Positions 39,102 through 53,349 of a stretch of DNA of 64,000 nucleotides are shown piece after piece. Under the pieces are notes generated by a model, which was not told where the DNA came from, did no database searches, and was given only the letters and a program-made list of their open reading frames with translations. The DNA is from Octopus vulgaris (Eukaryota): the NCBI GenBank assembly GCA_951406725.2, contig OX597832.1, positions 11,656,001 through 11,720,000 on the forward strand. The letters run 5' to 3'. Position 1 is the first letter of the stretch; each line of letters begins with the position of its first letter. The position numbers were made by a program, and so were the translations under genes.

Positions 39102-40029
39102 GATTAAACAGTCACATATACAACCTGAAGCATAACAATGTTAATTAATACTAGATATAAACATTTACAAGTTAGAATAAACAGAAACCGATGTTTTATG
39201 GTGTGTCTATTTACTTCTGTCATGTCTGAAGGTCAAATTCAATACATTCGACTTTATTATTCGATGTATACCTCTTTGGCACCTCCAATAGAGGCTAAGT
39301 CGTGTAAGATTCTCGGCAACTAAATTTCAAGTATGTTAAACCTGTAATTATATCTACCGTTGTTATAGAAACGACATATGAAATATTTCATATAATATAT
39401 AGAACACGACTTCATTTCTGAATGTGATAGGAAGTCGATTTTAAGAGGCTTCTCTTGTTATAGCCATATGATATAATACATGGTACTTCGTAAGAGCTTG
39501 TAGAATCAATACAACGTATGATAACAATTTTAAAATTACGCTTCCAAGCAACTCGTTGTGCTTAATGGAAAAATAACTATTTTGGTTTCATGCTCCAAGA
39601 ATATTTCTAGAAATATATGTTTCTGCGGACGATGAATTTATTCAAATTGCTAAGAAGGCGATTGCTAATACCATCGAAATAACGAATAACAGTTATTTCC
39701 AGAAATATACACCACACACACGCACTCCCCCCACAACACAATGCGCACGCACATACACATGCACGGAGAGAGGGAGATACAGAGATACATACATACATAT
39801 ATTTGCATATATCTATATATGTATATGCCTATGTGAGTTTGTGTGGTTATGTGTATACAGACGTATGTATATATATATAATAATAATCTCCGTTCTTCCA
39901 TCGTCTTTCAAAAATTGCGCCCTACAGCATTGCGTGCTTTGTATCATATTCAGTGTATCATATGAGACATTTAGTTTCTTGGTGTTCTAATCCGATTTTG
40001 GTCTCTGCTGATAATACAACAAAAAAAAC

Positions 40030-40815
40030 CTCTATGTGAATACCCCCGGATCTGCAACCGGCGATGTAGCATTAGGACACAGTTCTGGACAAAAAGAATA
40101 GTTAGAAAAAGATGTGAAATTCAACAAAGGGCAACAGAGTAGGGAGTGTTCGTACCGAAAACTCAATGGATTAAGAACATCATTGATTTCATTCTATATG
40201 AATATATACCCAACGCATCTAAAATAAACCTACATTCTAAACACTATGATTCTCCCAAGATCTTAAGATTTTTGATAATTTACCCTACTAATGAAAAGAA
40301 ACACCTATCATCCTTTCGTAGAATCCTGAACGATTGACAATATGAACAAATGTTCCACTCACAACAGAAGTAATCTAGAAGTGGAGGCAATACAATTTAG
40401 TGGATTCCGATAAAGTACACTATAGTCTACAGTTACAGAGCCGTACAACGGAGTAACGGATTAACTCTAGAACGGAATACACATGCATGGGAACGTCGAA
40501 GAATCAAAGCCACGTATCAGTTTCTTTAGCACGAAGCAGAATTTCTCACATTATTAGGTATACGTTATGTTGCACTATCGTTTCTGTGCTGCAACCTCCT
40601 TCTAGTGCATTTTCAGACTGAATGATGAACAGACAAGTCTGTCTGAGATTGACGAGAACTTTCCTGTGGTCTGGTAAAAAGTTATATAATAGCAAATTTC
40701 CGCAATGAACGAGGAAGATGATCTTGTCTGTCCGATATAACAGAATGAGAAAACAATATTGATAATTTCTAGAGAGAAGCTAAAAATCAATCATCTGCTC
40801 GGGGAAAGACAACAT
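40030..40815 (+). pseudogene. Possible heavily decayed retrocopy of a MET/RON-like receptor tyrosine kinase
   Basis: Colinear fragments across frames: FILYEYIPN (TIG-boundary-like), RSGGNTI (TIG SGG motif), hydrophobic FLTLLGIRYVALSFLCCNLLLVHF, then ILIISREKLKINHLLGE (kinase subdomain I lead-in). Many stop codons. Confidence 0.3.
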
Positions 40816-40961
40816 TTATTACATAAAAGTTAAAACTATTGCGTGTGTAAATACTTGCACACACATTTAAACATACACACACTCTACATAAATATATGAT
40901 ATGAATGCATATAAAATATATGTGCATGCGTGTGTATATACATACATATATATGCATATGA

Positions 40962-40996
<35 letters not shown>

Positions 40997-41611
40997 TGTA
41001 TATATATACATATGCATATATATGTCTGTGTGTATATATATTTATATACGTATATATGCATAGGTGTGTGTCTAGATATATATGCATAACTATATATATA
41101 TATATATATATACATATATATGTATATATGTATATATATGTTTGTGTATGTCTAGATATTTGTATAATTATATATACATATAAATATATATACATATATA
41201 CACCATGTATATATATATATGTGTGTGTGTATATGTGTGTGTTTGTGTGTATGTATGTACATCTATTAACTCTACATACATGTACAAATATATGATTATA
41301 TACAAGTGTATTAATACTGCTCTGTCTTACTCGCTCCCTCTCGCTTTCCCCCTCTCTCTCTCTATTAATATATGTGTGCGCGTGTGTTTGTATATGTTTG
41401 AGATTATATGTGTGCTTTCAGAGTTTCTCTTGGTTTATGAATATATCAGCATGTTTGCATCTATATTTCTAAGAACATAAACATACATTGCTTCAGTGAT
41501 GTAGAAAATCTGTTATATAGATTGCCTCCAATCAAACAACTTCGGCGGAGACAACAAATTTGAATTGCAAGTCTAACAAAAATAACATAAAATAACCAAT
41601 AAAACTAACAA

Positions 41612-41672
<61 letters not shown>

Positions 41673-41916
41673 CATATAAAGAGAAGAAATGATACAGAGA
41701 AACCTCGGGCATTCAGACGTCCATATATGCAACGCAATCAAAAGCTGCATTCCCTATACTCCTAATAAAATCATGTTTAATATCGTATCATGAATGCATG
41801 GATAAGCTTGCTGTAAAACGCATAAGCGGAAAACATATCTAATGCTCATTTTAGTTTACATGGTTGGCTCGCTTCAGATATAATACTTTTGGGCAGGATA
41901 ATATATTTTCTACTAC

Positions 41917-41966
<50 letters not shown>

Positions 41967-43848
41967 CATTATTATTATTCATTGAGTATTTTTCCTGATA
42001 ATTTGGCATCGCTAGTGTTTCTGATATTTCGCAAATTAACTTACTACCGATATTCATTCATGTGGTATTATTATGATAAGGCAGTAGATTGGCAGAATAG
42101 TCAGTGCGTCGGACAAATGCCTTTTGTGGTATATTTCCTTAGAGTGCTTTAGTTACTCAGTTAGAAACCCACTGACGTCAAATTTGCCCTTTGATCTTTC
42201 CGGGAGTTTTGATAACATAGAATACCATCCAAATACTAGGGTAGATTTAATGGACTGTAATCTTGTTAAATCTGTGGTTGTCGTCTGCTGAAGTTCGAAA
42301 TCATTGTTACAACCTATTATGTGCAATGTTTTAGTATATATACTGTAATAGGTTAATATCTATTTCTAAAAATCTACCATTTCTTAATTTACATTTTCAT
42401 GTTGGTCATGATTTCGAACATCTATCATCGTACAACACTTGATCTATTTACTCGCCTTTTCATATTTTATTTCAAAACTTGATATATATATGTATACTTA
42501 TATGTAAATATATATATTCTCGTGTCTTGTGAATACGACTGTATTGTTTGTGCCTGCCAACCTTCTTCATGTCTTATAAATTGAAAATTTATAGGGTTAA
42601 TATCAGCACTAGAAGACATTCTCTTCGTGCGACTTCTATGTATTTGAAGATAATTTATTATGAAATCTTCTCACATCCATCATCCCATAAGTTGTCTTTT
42701 CTACTGTACCCGGGTATTATACGCTTTATACTAGAAGAGTTATTGTTTATTATCTCTATCTACGTAAGGATATGGTAAAACGTGTAGTGTCTCTTCTTAA
42801 ATGATTTCATTTGTAATATTTCCTGTGATGCAAGTTTAAATATAACAATCATTTCTGTTTTATATACGAGAGCATATATTTGCAGTGAGAGTCTACTAAA
42901 TTTCGCGCCACAAAAACATGATTAGCTTTTATGCTGGAATGCATTTTCATGAAATAGAAATTCTGTAGAGTTGCCATCAAATAATGTGTGGTGTTGATAT
43001 AACTCAACTTTAATTTACAGTCAATGAGATTCGTAAATCACCAAGGGCAGTCTCCAAGATTGATAGCAAAAAGACAATGAAGCGATGGTGGCAGTACAAT
43101 TCATTCTCACGAAAACCTTTTGTGACCTTGTGTCCATGTGGTAAATCCTTTTTATAAAAATGCGATGAATTTAGAAAATGCAATATAAACTTGACTAGCA
43201 GATCGTTTGAAAAGAGATCCACGGAAGGTGAAAATACAAATGAAGAAGACAAGTTTTGTGTCTGTGTTCTGTAATCTTGACTCACTTTAGTAACATCCAT
43301 CTCATGGATAAATTCTATTTTTAGCTAAAATTTTAATTAAATCGTTTCCTTAATCAAAGTATAGCCTATTATTGATCGGATTATCAAAATAAGTTGAATA
43401 GTTTGCGATAACTATTCAATCAATTAAGTAATTGCAATTATCTGTTATTCTCTCTTTACGAGTTCACTAGCAAATCCTAATATTGTTTAACTTACCACAC
43501 CTTATAATGCTTACAATCTAGTCTTTTATTTCTCGCCACTTATTCGTTTTCTAGTAATTAACTGCAAAACTTTAAAAGCCTATATAAACACAAACATGAA
43601 CATGTTCCGAGTAAATTGCATTTCGCTAGTGGAACAGATAATGTACAATATTCTTGTTTCTTTGATAAGATGCATGGTGGTGTGTTCATAAAGACATTCA
43701 AGATAAAACGTGCAAATAGAGTGTATATACATCAAAGATATGAGGAAATATCAATGGTGATAAAAGACAGGAATCGGGTTCTTATCAACAATGTGAACAA
43801 TATAACAAAAATACGTAAAAATGTCTCTACACAGATACATTGCTGTGC

Positions 43849-43910
<62 letters not shown>

Positions 43911-44252
43911 ATATATATACATACACATACACAGAACGAGAGTGAGAAAGAAATAATGAGGGAGATAGAGAGAGTAAAATCTATTTGCCAACGAAAATTG
44001 GCAGTCCTGATAAGGACGATGTTACTACATTTTTTAAACCTCAGGAAAGCATCTTTTTCAACTGGCTACTGACAAACAACTGCATCGTTATACCCCGAAT
44101 AAGGAAGAAGTTAATGTCACCACTCGGGCTTATGCAAGCATCCGTACATACACACACACATATATATATATATATACATGGATATAGTGTATGTATGCAT
44201 GCATGTGTGTATATGTATATATATATATATATGTAATGTATGTATGCATGTA

Positions 44253-44352
<100 letters not shown>

Positions 44353-44622
44353 CACACATACGGAAATGTCGATCAGTGAGCACTCAACACTGCATTGGTG
44401 TATAAAAAATTCCTTATTTGTGCACTAACCCTTGTTAAGAAAATATCTTCACAATTTAAAAGCTGTCACTTGGAAGAATGATGATCGTCTCTATTTTGTT
44501 TTAATCCAAAATGGAAACGAACACCATTCCTCCATTTGATGGGCATGAAAAATTGTTAAGAAATTACGATATTTTCTTGACCTCAAACCAATGTTTACAT
44601 ACATATAATGCATGTATGCAAA

Positions 44623-44958
44623 GAAGGCGCATAGCTAAGTAGTTAGAGTATCAAACTCACAACCGTGGGGTAGTGAGTTCGATTCTTGGACCGGGTTCTG
44701 TGTTGTGCTCTTGAGCATGACACTTTATTTCACGTCACTCCATTTCACTCCATGTAGAAATGTGTTGCGACGTCACTGGTGCCAAGCTGTATCAGCCTTT
44801 GCGTTTCCTTTGGATGACATCTGTACCGTAGAGAGGGGAGGCTGGTAAGCATGGGCGAACGCCGGTCTTCCATAAAGAACCGCGTCCGGACTTGTGCTTC
44901 GGAGGGTTAATTTATTGGCACAATCCCACGCACGTTCATGACGGAAGGGGTCTTTACC
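44623..44958 (+). mobile_element. tRNA-derived SINE family D (CORE-like)
   Basis: Box A-like tagctaagtagtt, box B gagttcgattc, CORE-like gtgttgtgctcttgagcatgacactttatttcac. Confidence 0.8.
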
Positions 44959-45730
44959 GTGCATGTGTGTATGTATGTATGTATTTATATATGTATGCAT
45001 GCGTTTGAGTATGCATGTATGGATGCATGTACGTCAATCTCATTTGATTCACCAGAACCAATAAAATACAGGACTCAATACAAATATAGAGTATTCTTTA
45101 ATATGCCATCACTGGAAAGGCTCCGTTTATCAGCATTCAAAATTTCCTGTTAAACTGAAATCAGTTTTCTTTTGAGTATTCACTGTCTGAGTATTTTTCG
45201 AAATATGAAATAGGAAATAAAACTTTGAAGGAAACATTTGTCCTTAAGTTCTTTTTTGAAAGCTTTGTGAACGACACGTAACAAAAATGGCTGCTTCAAG
45301 TCATGCCTTAGATTTCATTTCTTGTTCTTGTGGTAATATTATTATAAACGTCATAAACTCCATACAATCAGAGTCCTGAATCTGCGTTGCTGTTTAAGTA
45401 ATGTTCCAAAACAATACTTTAATTAATATTTTTAATTAGTGTTTTTAAAAAACAATGCATAAACAGATATCCATTTTGCATGCATCTATGCAGACGCATA
45501 CACATGGACATATGTACACAAAGAGATACACATATATACAAACAAATATATATTAGTGGTACACATACATGTATACATGTACACATGCTTATAAACATAT
45601 ATTCACATATAGCCAGCACCCACATATTAAAACGTATATCAATAAAACCTTGTAAGTAAACATTTCGAAAACCAAACTTGTGTGTGTGTGTGTGTATGTA
45701 TGTGAGCTAGAACAAAAGTCTCTGAGGCAA

Positions 45731-46210
45731 TTATTTGCATAAAAAATACTTAGCTGCGTGCATACAAGGCGTTAACATCTCATTTCTTTTGTTCAAACTA
45801 TTTACGCCTAGAGTCAAAATTCTAAGTTTTATCGCTCGCATAAAGGTCATACCACATCTTTGATTTGAAGCTTCCGTTCCTGCAATGTTGCGCATTATCG
45901 ACAATAGACCAGATAATTTTGCTTTAATGAAGACTTGTCTCTCGCAAGATACATAAACTCCGACATAGCCATAGCACGATTTTTGTCTGGGTCGACAAAT
46001 GAATGTGTATACTTGTAATAACGGTTTTTGTATTTGAGTTCCGTCAACCTAGTGTATGATTTAGGTTGACCACTACTGTTTGATACATATTTTTATTGTA
46101 AACTATCGACATTTGCAGACAGTTGCCATCTATTGGACAGTTCTCACGAATTCTAAAGTTGCATGATCTTTGCTGGCTAGCTGTTTCCATCTCTCTTCTA
46201 TTCAGCTTTG
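45731..46210 (-). mobile_element. Penelope-like element (Neptune-type) GIY-YIG endonuclease remnant, through to the ORF stop
   Basis: SCNFRIRENCPIDGNCLQMSIVY /fs/ KSYTRLTELKYKNRYYKYTHSF…MSEFM /fs/ IWSIVDNA… /fs/ SLNKRNEMLTPCMHAAKYFLCK*. Confidence 0.85.
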
Positions 46211-47747
46211 TGGCACTATACCCTCTGATATAACACGCAGGTATATATACATCAATATATACATACACACACCATACACACATCATCTCAGAGATATATG
46301 CATTCAGATTGATAACTAGCTAGATAGTTTTGTGCGAACTTTGAAGAGAATAGTATCCCATTGCAGGTCAAATCACAACGCATAAGTATACACAGCCAAT
46401 CAACAGTGTATTCTGCACCGGCAGTAAATGTGGTTTTAACTGCTGTGTATCTGTATTTAATGCTCTACTTGCAGGACACAAACTAAAATATGTCAGCGGT
46501 TTGAATTGCGGCTTTCAATTACCCTTGAATTTTTAATTTGTTTACAGTCGGCATGTGATAATTGCTATGAAAACTTCATTCCAGACTGTAATTAGCTGGT
46601 AGTAACCTTTACCATCATTGAGATGAACTTTTCGATTAAGAAGCACTCCAAAGAAAAACCTCATAGAAAACTATTAATCTAAAAGCCATTAAATTTTCTG
46701 AAAGCCATATAGAAATTGCTATGATAGCGCATGGTGTGAAAGACTCAGAAATTTGAACATGTAATATTAGCTGTGATAAGATGTAAATGGCGCCTCGTTT
46801 TTGCTTCCTTGTTTAATTTTGTTTCCTTTCCTGTTCTCAGTTATTTGGGTTATAAATTGCAAGACAGTCTTCAGAATATAACAAGAACTCGGATAAGTTT
46901 TCACACCATTCATACAAACAACAAGTTGAACCCCTAACTTTATTTCATTGACAACTTATTTTGTAATCGATTATTAAATTGTTAGTTTTACACTTGTCTT
47001 GGTTGTGGGGCCTTCGTTGATTTTTTTTTCCTTTTGTTTTGTTTTTGTTTGTTATCTTTACTTTTTTATAACTAAACCAAATCACGTTTTCATAACAGTG
47101 AGTTTTAATAGGCTTTTAATCTTTAAACCTCATTAATTGCTTCCGTTTTCCAATTTAACAATAATTGAAGAGCTGTTGACAATCGGTGATATAAAAAAAA
47201 TAAGTACACCCTACCAACATTTCCGCTTCTATTAATAAAACACCAATCATTGTTCTGGAAGAAGAAAAAAGTAATTATAAAAATAACATTATTTTTCTCT
47301 ACTAATTCCGTGACAATTGAGCGTAAAATTCTTATTGTAATTTTTACATGATGTATAATTTTTTAATCTATTTTTCTTCTATTTTGTCTACGGGTTTATT
47401 CCAAAACAATATTTTTTTCGTCTTTAAATGAATTCCCGCATCCATTATTGATTGGCAAGCGTATGTTTTATGTGTTTATTCAATTTTCTGTTTGTGTGCA
47501 TGTGTGTGTGTGTGTGCTGAGTGTGTTTGGGCGAGTGTTTGTGTGAGTGCGTATGTGTATGAGTGTGGGTGAGAGAGAAAGGAGGAGAGGGAGAGAGAGA
47601 GAGAAGTATGTATTTGTGTTTCTGTGATTGCTGTTTGATTTGATATTTCGATCAGTTTGGATTTCGATATTTATAAAGGAGCCACGTGCGTATTCATGCA
47701 TGTATGTATGCAACTATCTATGTATGAATGCAAATGTGCATATATAC

Positions 47748-47751
<4 letters not shown>

Positions 47752-47792
<41 letters not shown>

Positions 47793-48981
47793 ATATATAT
47801 ATATATGTATGTGTGTATATATATATATATGTATGTGTATATATATATATATATGTATGTGTATATATATATATATGTATGTGTATATATATATATATGT
47901 ATGTGTATATATATATATATGTATGTGTATATATATATATATATGTATGTATATATATATATATATGTATGTGTATATATATATATATGTATGTGTATAT
48001 ATATATATGTATGTGTATATATATATGTATGTGTATATATATATGTATGTGTATATATATATATATATATATGTATGTGTATATATATGTATGTGTATAT
48101 ATATGTATGTGTATATATATATATGTATGTGTATATATATATGTATGTATGTGTATATATATATATGTATGTATGTGTATATATATGTATGTATGTATGT
48201 ATATATATGTATGTATGTATGTATATATGTATGTATGTATATATATGTATGTATGTATGTATATATATGTATGTATGTATGTATATATATATATATGTAT
48301 GTATGTGTATATATATATATGTATGTATATATATATATATGTATGTATGTGTATATATATATATATGTATGTGTATATATATATATGTATGTATGTGTAT
48401 ATATATATATATGTATGTATGTGTATATATATATATATATATGTATGTATGTGTATATATATATATATGTATGTATGTGTATATATATATATATGTATGT
48501 ATGTGTATATATATATATGTATGTATGTGTATATATATATATATATGTATGTATGTGTATATATATATATGTATGTATGTGTATATATATATATGTATGT
48601 ATGTGTATATATATATATGTATGTATGTGTATATATATATGTATGTATGTGTATATATATATATATGTATGTATGTGTATATATATATATGTATGTATGT
48701 GTATATATATATATATGTATGTATGTGTATATATATATATGTATGTATGTGTATATATATATATATGTATGTATGTGTATATATATATATATATGTATGT
48801 ATGTGTATATATATATATATGTATGTATGTGTATATATATATATATGTATGTATGTGTATATATATATATATGTATGTATGTGTATATATATATATATGT
48901 ATGTATGTGTATATATATATATATGTATGTATGTGTATATATATATATATGTATGTATGTGTATATATATATATATGTATG

Positions 48982-49022
<41 letters not shown>
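47752..49022. repeat. ~1.27-kb compound (TA)n-TG higher-order microsatellite
   Basis: Unit (TA)n-TGTATGTG, shifting to (TA)n-TGTATGTATGTG after ~48140. Confidence 0.97.
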
Positions 49023-49026
<4 letters not shown>

Positions 49027-50051
49027 GCATATGTATGTGTGTTAGATGTTGCTTGTTTTTTCTGATAGTTGGAATCTATTCATCATGTTTACGAAGTGTT
49101 ATTAACAATATTTTTTATTGTTTTCCACATAATACATTGCGGCATGTATTTACATAGCACTTTGGTGATTTTGTTGTTTCCCAACGCATATATATATATA
49201 TATATTGAGAAGAATTTATACGTATCATTCGTGTTGTGTTATTCCCTGGTTGTATTTTGAACTCGTGGTGGGTAATGCCTTTGATAAACTAAAACATATA
49301 CGTAGGAATCTATTAGTGCTCCTTTTGAATGGGCTAGAGAAATAGAACATCATGTAGCAAAATGTATACATCCCATGAACATATGGATAACATAAATATA
49401 TATATATATTTTACAATGAGGGACGCGGAAGTGCGAAATACTTTACATGAAAGTGGCACTATCAAACGAAAGTTATTGCGTTTTACGAGATTGGGTGGTT
49501 GCAGCAAAATCGAAATCTAAGTATTCACTCACGGCCTTAACCATAAGCTGTTGAGAAAGAATCCAATCAAATGACGTTGACTATATAAGTGGCAAATATT
49601 TGGAAGAGAAAAAATCGAGATATTCATGTTTGATTCCCTAAAGAGAAGTTGTGAAAATTTACTATATTTATTGCGTTTTTATTTGATATGTTAGATGTTC
49701 ACATTCATTCATGAATACTGAACTCTTCCAAGTATTTTGACATTATAGTTAAAGGCGTGGAATCAGCTTCATAAAATGGAAATAATAGGTCCTAAATATG
49801 TGGTATACGTGGCACACTCCACTGCGCACATTCATTAACGGAAAGATAAATTACAAATTCTCATTTCACGAATATTTTCCTTATTCCATTTGTTAAAATT
49901 ATAGAGCATACCGTAAAAGTAATGCAACACGAACTTCAAAAATTAAACAAAATTTTTTTTAAATTACAGTAATCAACCCCGCCACCCATAATTGTCAAAA
50001 TATTCGTGACGGAATGTTTTCCCAGCACACAAGAGTTCATAAATTATTTAA

Positions 50052-50075
50052 CTTCTACTACTTCTTCTTCTTCTT

Positions 50076-50133
<58 letters not shown>

Positions 50134-50432
50134 CACCACCACTACTACTACTACTACTACCATCACCACTACTACTACTACTACCATCACCACTTCTACT
50201 ACTACTACCATCACCACCACCACTACTACTACTACTACCATCACCACTACTACTACTACTACTATTACTACTACTACTACTACTACTACCACCACTACTA
50301 CTAATACCGCCACCACTACTACTACCACCACCACCATAATAATAATAATAATAATAGTAAGATAATAATAATAATAATAATAGTAAGATAATGATAATAA
50401 TAATAGTAAAATAATGATAATGATAATAATAG
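50052..50432. repeat. Trinucleotide microsatellite (CTT/CTA/CCA, then ATA)
   Basis: Direct inspection; gives the poly-T/Y/V ORFs. Confidence 0.95.
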
Positions 50433-52330
50433 TTTCAAATTTTGACTGAAGGCCAACAATTTCGAGGATGGGGGTAAGTCGATTGCATCGGCCCCAGTGC
50501 TCGATTGGTACTTATTTTATCGAAACTGAAGGGGATGAACTCTGAACGTAAAGACAGACGATACGGCGCTAAGCATTCCGCCCTGCGTCCTAACGATTCT
50601 GCCAGCACGCTGCCGTGTAAGCTGTAAATAATGATTACTGGTTTATTATGTAAATGGCTAGCACTTTTGAGAGGAAGGAGAGTTATCATGCGATACCATC
50701 GACCCGATAATTGACTTTGTTTTTATCGGCTTCATCGGCTTCAGAGGAATAAAATTTTGTGTGCAGTAGGATTTAAACACAGAGCATATAAATACAGATC
50801 CGAAACAGATGCTGCAAGGTATTTCTTTCACAGTCTAACGAATCAGACAATTTGTCTCCATCACTACCATTAATAACTGTTTCCAATTTTAGCATTGGCC
50901 AGCAATTTTGTGGGGAGGGGTTCATGCGAGTATATCGATCCTAGTACTTGACTGGGACTTATATATAAGGCCTGAAATTTTTGGGGAGGAGGCCAGTCGA
51001 TTAAATCGACGCCAGTACGCAACTGGTACTCAATTTATCGATCCCAATAGGATGAAATGCAAAGTCGGCGGAATTTGAACTCAGAACGTAGTAGCAGACG
51101 AAATAAATACTTATTTCTTTACTACCCACAAGGGGCTAAATAAAGAGGGGACAAACAATGACAGCCAAACGGATTAAGTCGATTATATCGACCCCAGTGC
51201 GTAACTGGTACTTATTAATTGACCCCGAAAAGATGAAAGGCAAAGTACACCTTGGCGGAATTTGAACTCAGAACGTAGCGGCAGACGAAATACCGCCAAG
51301 CATTTTGCCCTGCGTGCTAATGATTCTGCCAGTTCGCCGCCTTCTCGGACTTATATTATCGATACAGAAACAACGAAGTGCAAAATCGACCTCGGTAGAA
51401 TTTGCACACAGATCATAAAGTGCCGGAAGAAATGCAACTATATATCTTTGTTTTCAGACGTGCTAACGTTTCTGCCAGCTTCTCGCGTTAATGTTAATAT
51501 CAATTAATTCTTACATTGGTTTCACATGTTGGCACACGGCCATGGATTTCGAGGAGAGAGTAAGTCTATTACATAGACCGCTGAGCTCACCTGCTACTTA
51601 TTTTATCGACCTCCGAAAGGATGAAAAGTCAAAATCGATACCGGTGGAATTTGAATTCAGGACGAAAAATATTGATGAAATATCTGTTTCTTTATTACCC
51701 ACAAGGGGCTAAACACAGAGGGGACAAACAAGGACAGACAAACGGATTAAGTCGATTATATCGGCCCCAGTGCGTAACTGGTACTTAGTTTATCGACCCC
51801 GAAAGGATGAAAGGCAAAGTCGACCTCGGCGGAATTTGAACTCAGAACGTAACGGCAGACGAAATACGGCTACGCATTTCGTCCGGCGTGCTAACGGATC
51901 TGCCAGCTCGCCGAGTATTATTATTTCCAATAGTGACACAAGATAACGCAGCGAGCTGGAGGGATGGTTAGCACACCAAACAAAAGTCTTAGCGACATTT
52001 CTCCCAACTTTTCGTCTGAGTTCAAATACCGTTGGGCTCGACTTTGCCTTTCATTCTTTCATGGTGTATAAAATAAGTAACAGTTGAGTATTTGGGTTGA
52101 TGTAATCGACTTGTCCCCTCTACCGAAACTACTGGGTTTGTGCCAAAACTTTGAAATAAGATGGATACCAGGTCAATAATTTTAGGGAACAGGATAAGTC
52201 GATCTTATCGACTCGAGTTCTTAAATTGTACGTTTTATTATCGACCCCGAAAGGATAACAGACAAAGCTGACCACGACTGTATTTGAACTCAGGATGTAA
52301 AGAGCTAAAAGTAAATAACGCAACGCATTT
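50432..52330. mobile_element. Dense SINE family A cluster (about 6-8 copies, nested and in both orientations)
   Basis: Old minus copy 50432-50615; dimer ~50965-51343 nested in an older copy (TSD-like ggacttatat); dimer ~51520-51913; plus copy 51945-52155; old minus copy 52165-52330. Confidence 0.85.
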
Positions 52331-53349
52331 TTCAGACTCTTTTGTTTTTATCTCATTGAAGGTTACCTACATAACTAAATATACCGATGGCTTAGAACGT
52401 GCCATGAGTTCAGTTAGTGGAAAAGGATTATGTTCTTAACAAGCGCTGTTAGGCGGTTTCGGAATTGTCTACGCAGAATACAAAAGTAGATTCTCTAGGC
52501 TTTCCTTCAGCATTTTTTCTTTGTTTTGTTATAACAAGACACAATGATATCGGCCAGACACAGACAAGTACGCCAATCCTGATCTTGCACTCAACATGAA
52601 GAAATGCAGCATATTATACAAATTACACTGTCTACATCTCTATTAATTCTAGCATTCTACCTTCTCAGTTAGGTATTTAATTTCATTGATCGGGATAGAA
52701 TGAAAGCAAAGTTTAGCTTGAAATTTCTTGAAATTAGAACTTAAAAGACAACAAATGGCGCAGCCATTTTCCTCGGTGCTTCAAAGATTTTACCAAACCG
52801 TCGCCTTAATACTTCGCTGGAATAAATATTATTGATAATAGGTTGATAAAAGCCAAAATTGTCAGCTAATTTCAATTTGACTTACGACTAAGTTGAAGGG
52901 GAAATAAATATTGTAAGTATTTCTGTTCAGCCTTCTAACGTGCATAACATCTTCAGTGTTACAGTTACACAGTCGCAAGGAAACATAGTTAATATTACAT
53001 GTATTAGAAAACTTAAGGCGGAGGTGGTGCTGAAAGCGCCTTTGTGTTTAGGAAAATACCACGGAAAATGAACATAAAATTCCATTGTTCCCGAATTTAT
53101 GCATGTATCAAAAGGTCTTTGACTGTCTAAAGTATAAAACGATACAGTATAAAAGTACGCACAAAAGCGTATATACAAAGAACACCAGACCCCCATGTGT
53201 GTGTGAGGGGTCTGTGTGTCTGTGTGAGTGCGCGTGTGCGTATGTGTTTGTCTGTGTGTGCGTGTGTGTGTGTGTGTGCATATATATAATCAGGTATCTT
53301 TCCTTGATAGGTGCAAAGAATGACTGAATTGTTATTTCAGATATAAAAC

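Noticed and set aside
43010-43300. Coding-like stretch open in parts on both strands
   Set aside because: No family recognised and it has in-frame stops; needs blastx.
47628-49157. 509-aa and overlapping long ORFs (also 27044-28053, 55669-56462 and similar)
   Set aside because: Translations of TA/TG microsatellites, which lack stop codons; no protein-like complexity.
50006-50365. Poly-Thr mucin-like ORF (also 61317-61749)
   Set aside because: Pure trinucleotide microsatellite, open in several frames on both strands, with no splice or domain context.
52910-52965. Minus-strand CTGAAGA-tgtt…aaca-GAAA-tact-TA
   Set aside because: The stem I arms (taaca / caata) do not pair and the loop is not palindromic; probably chance.
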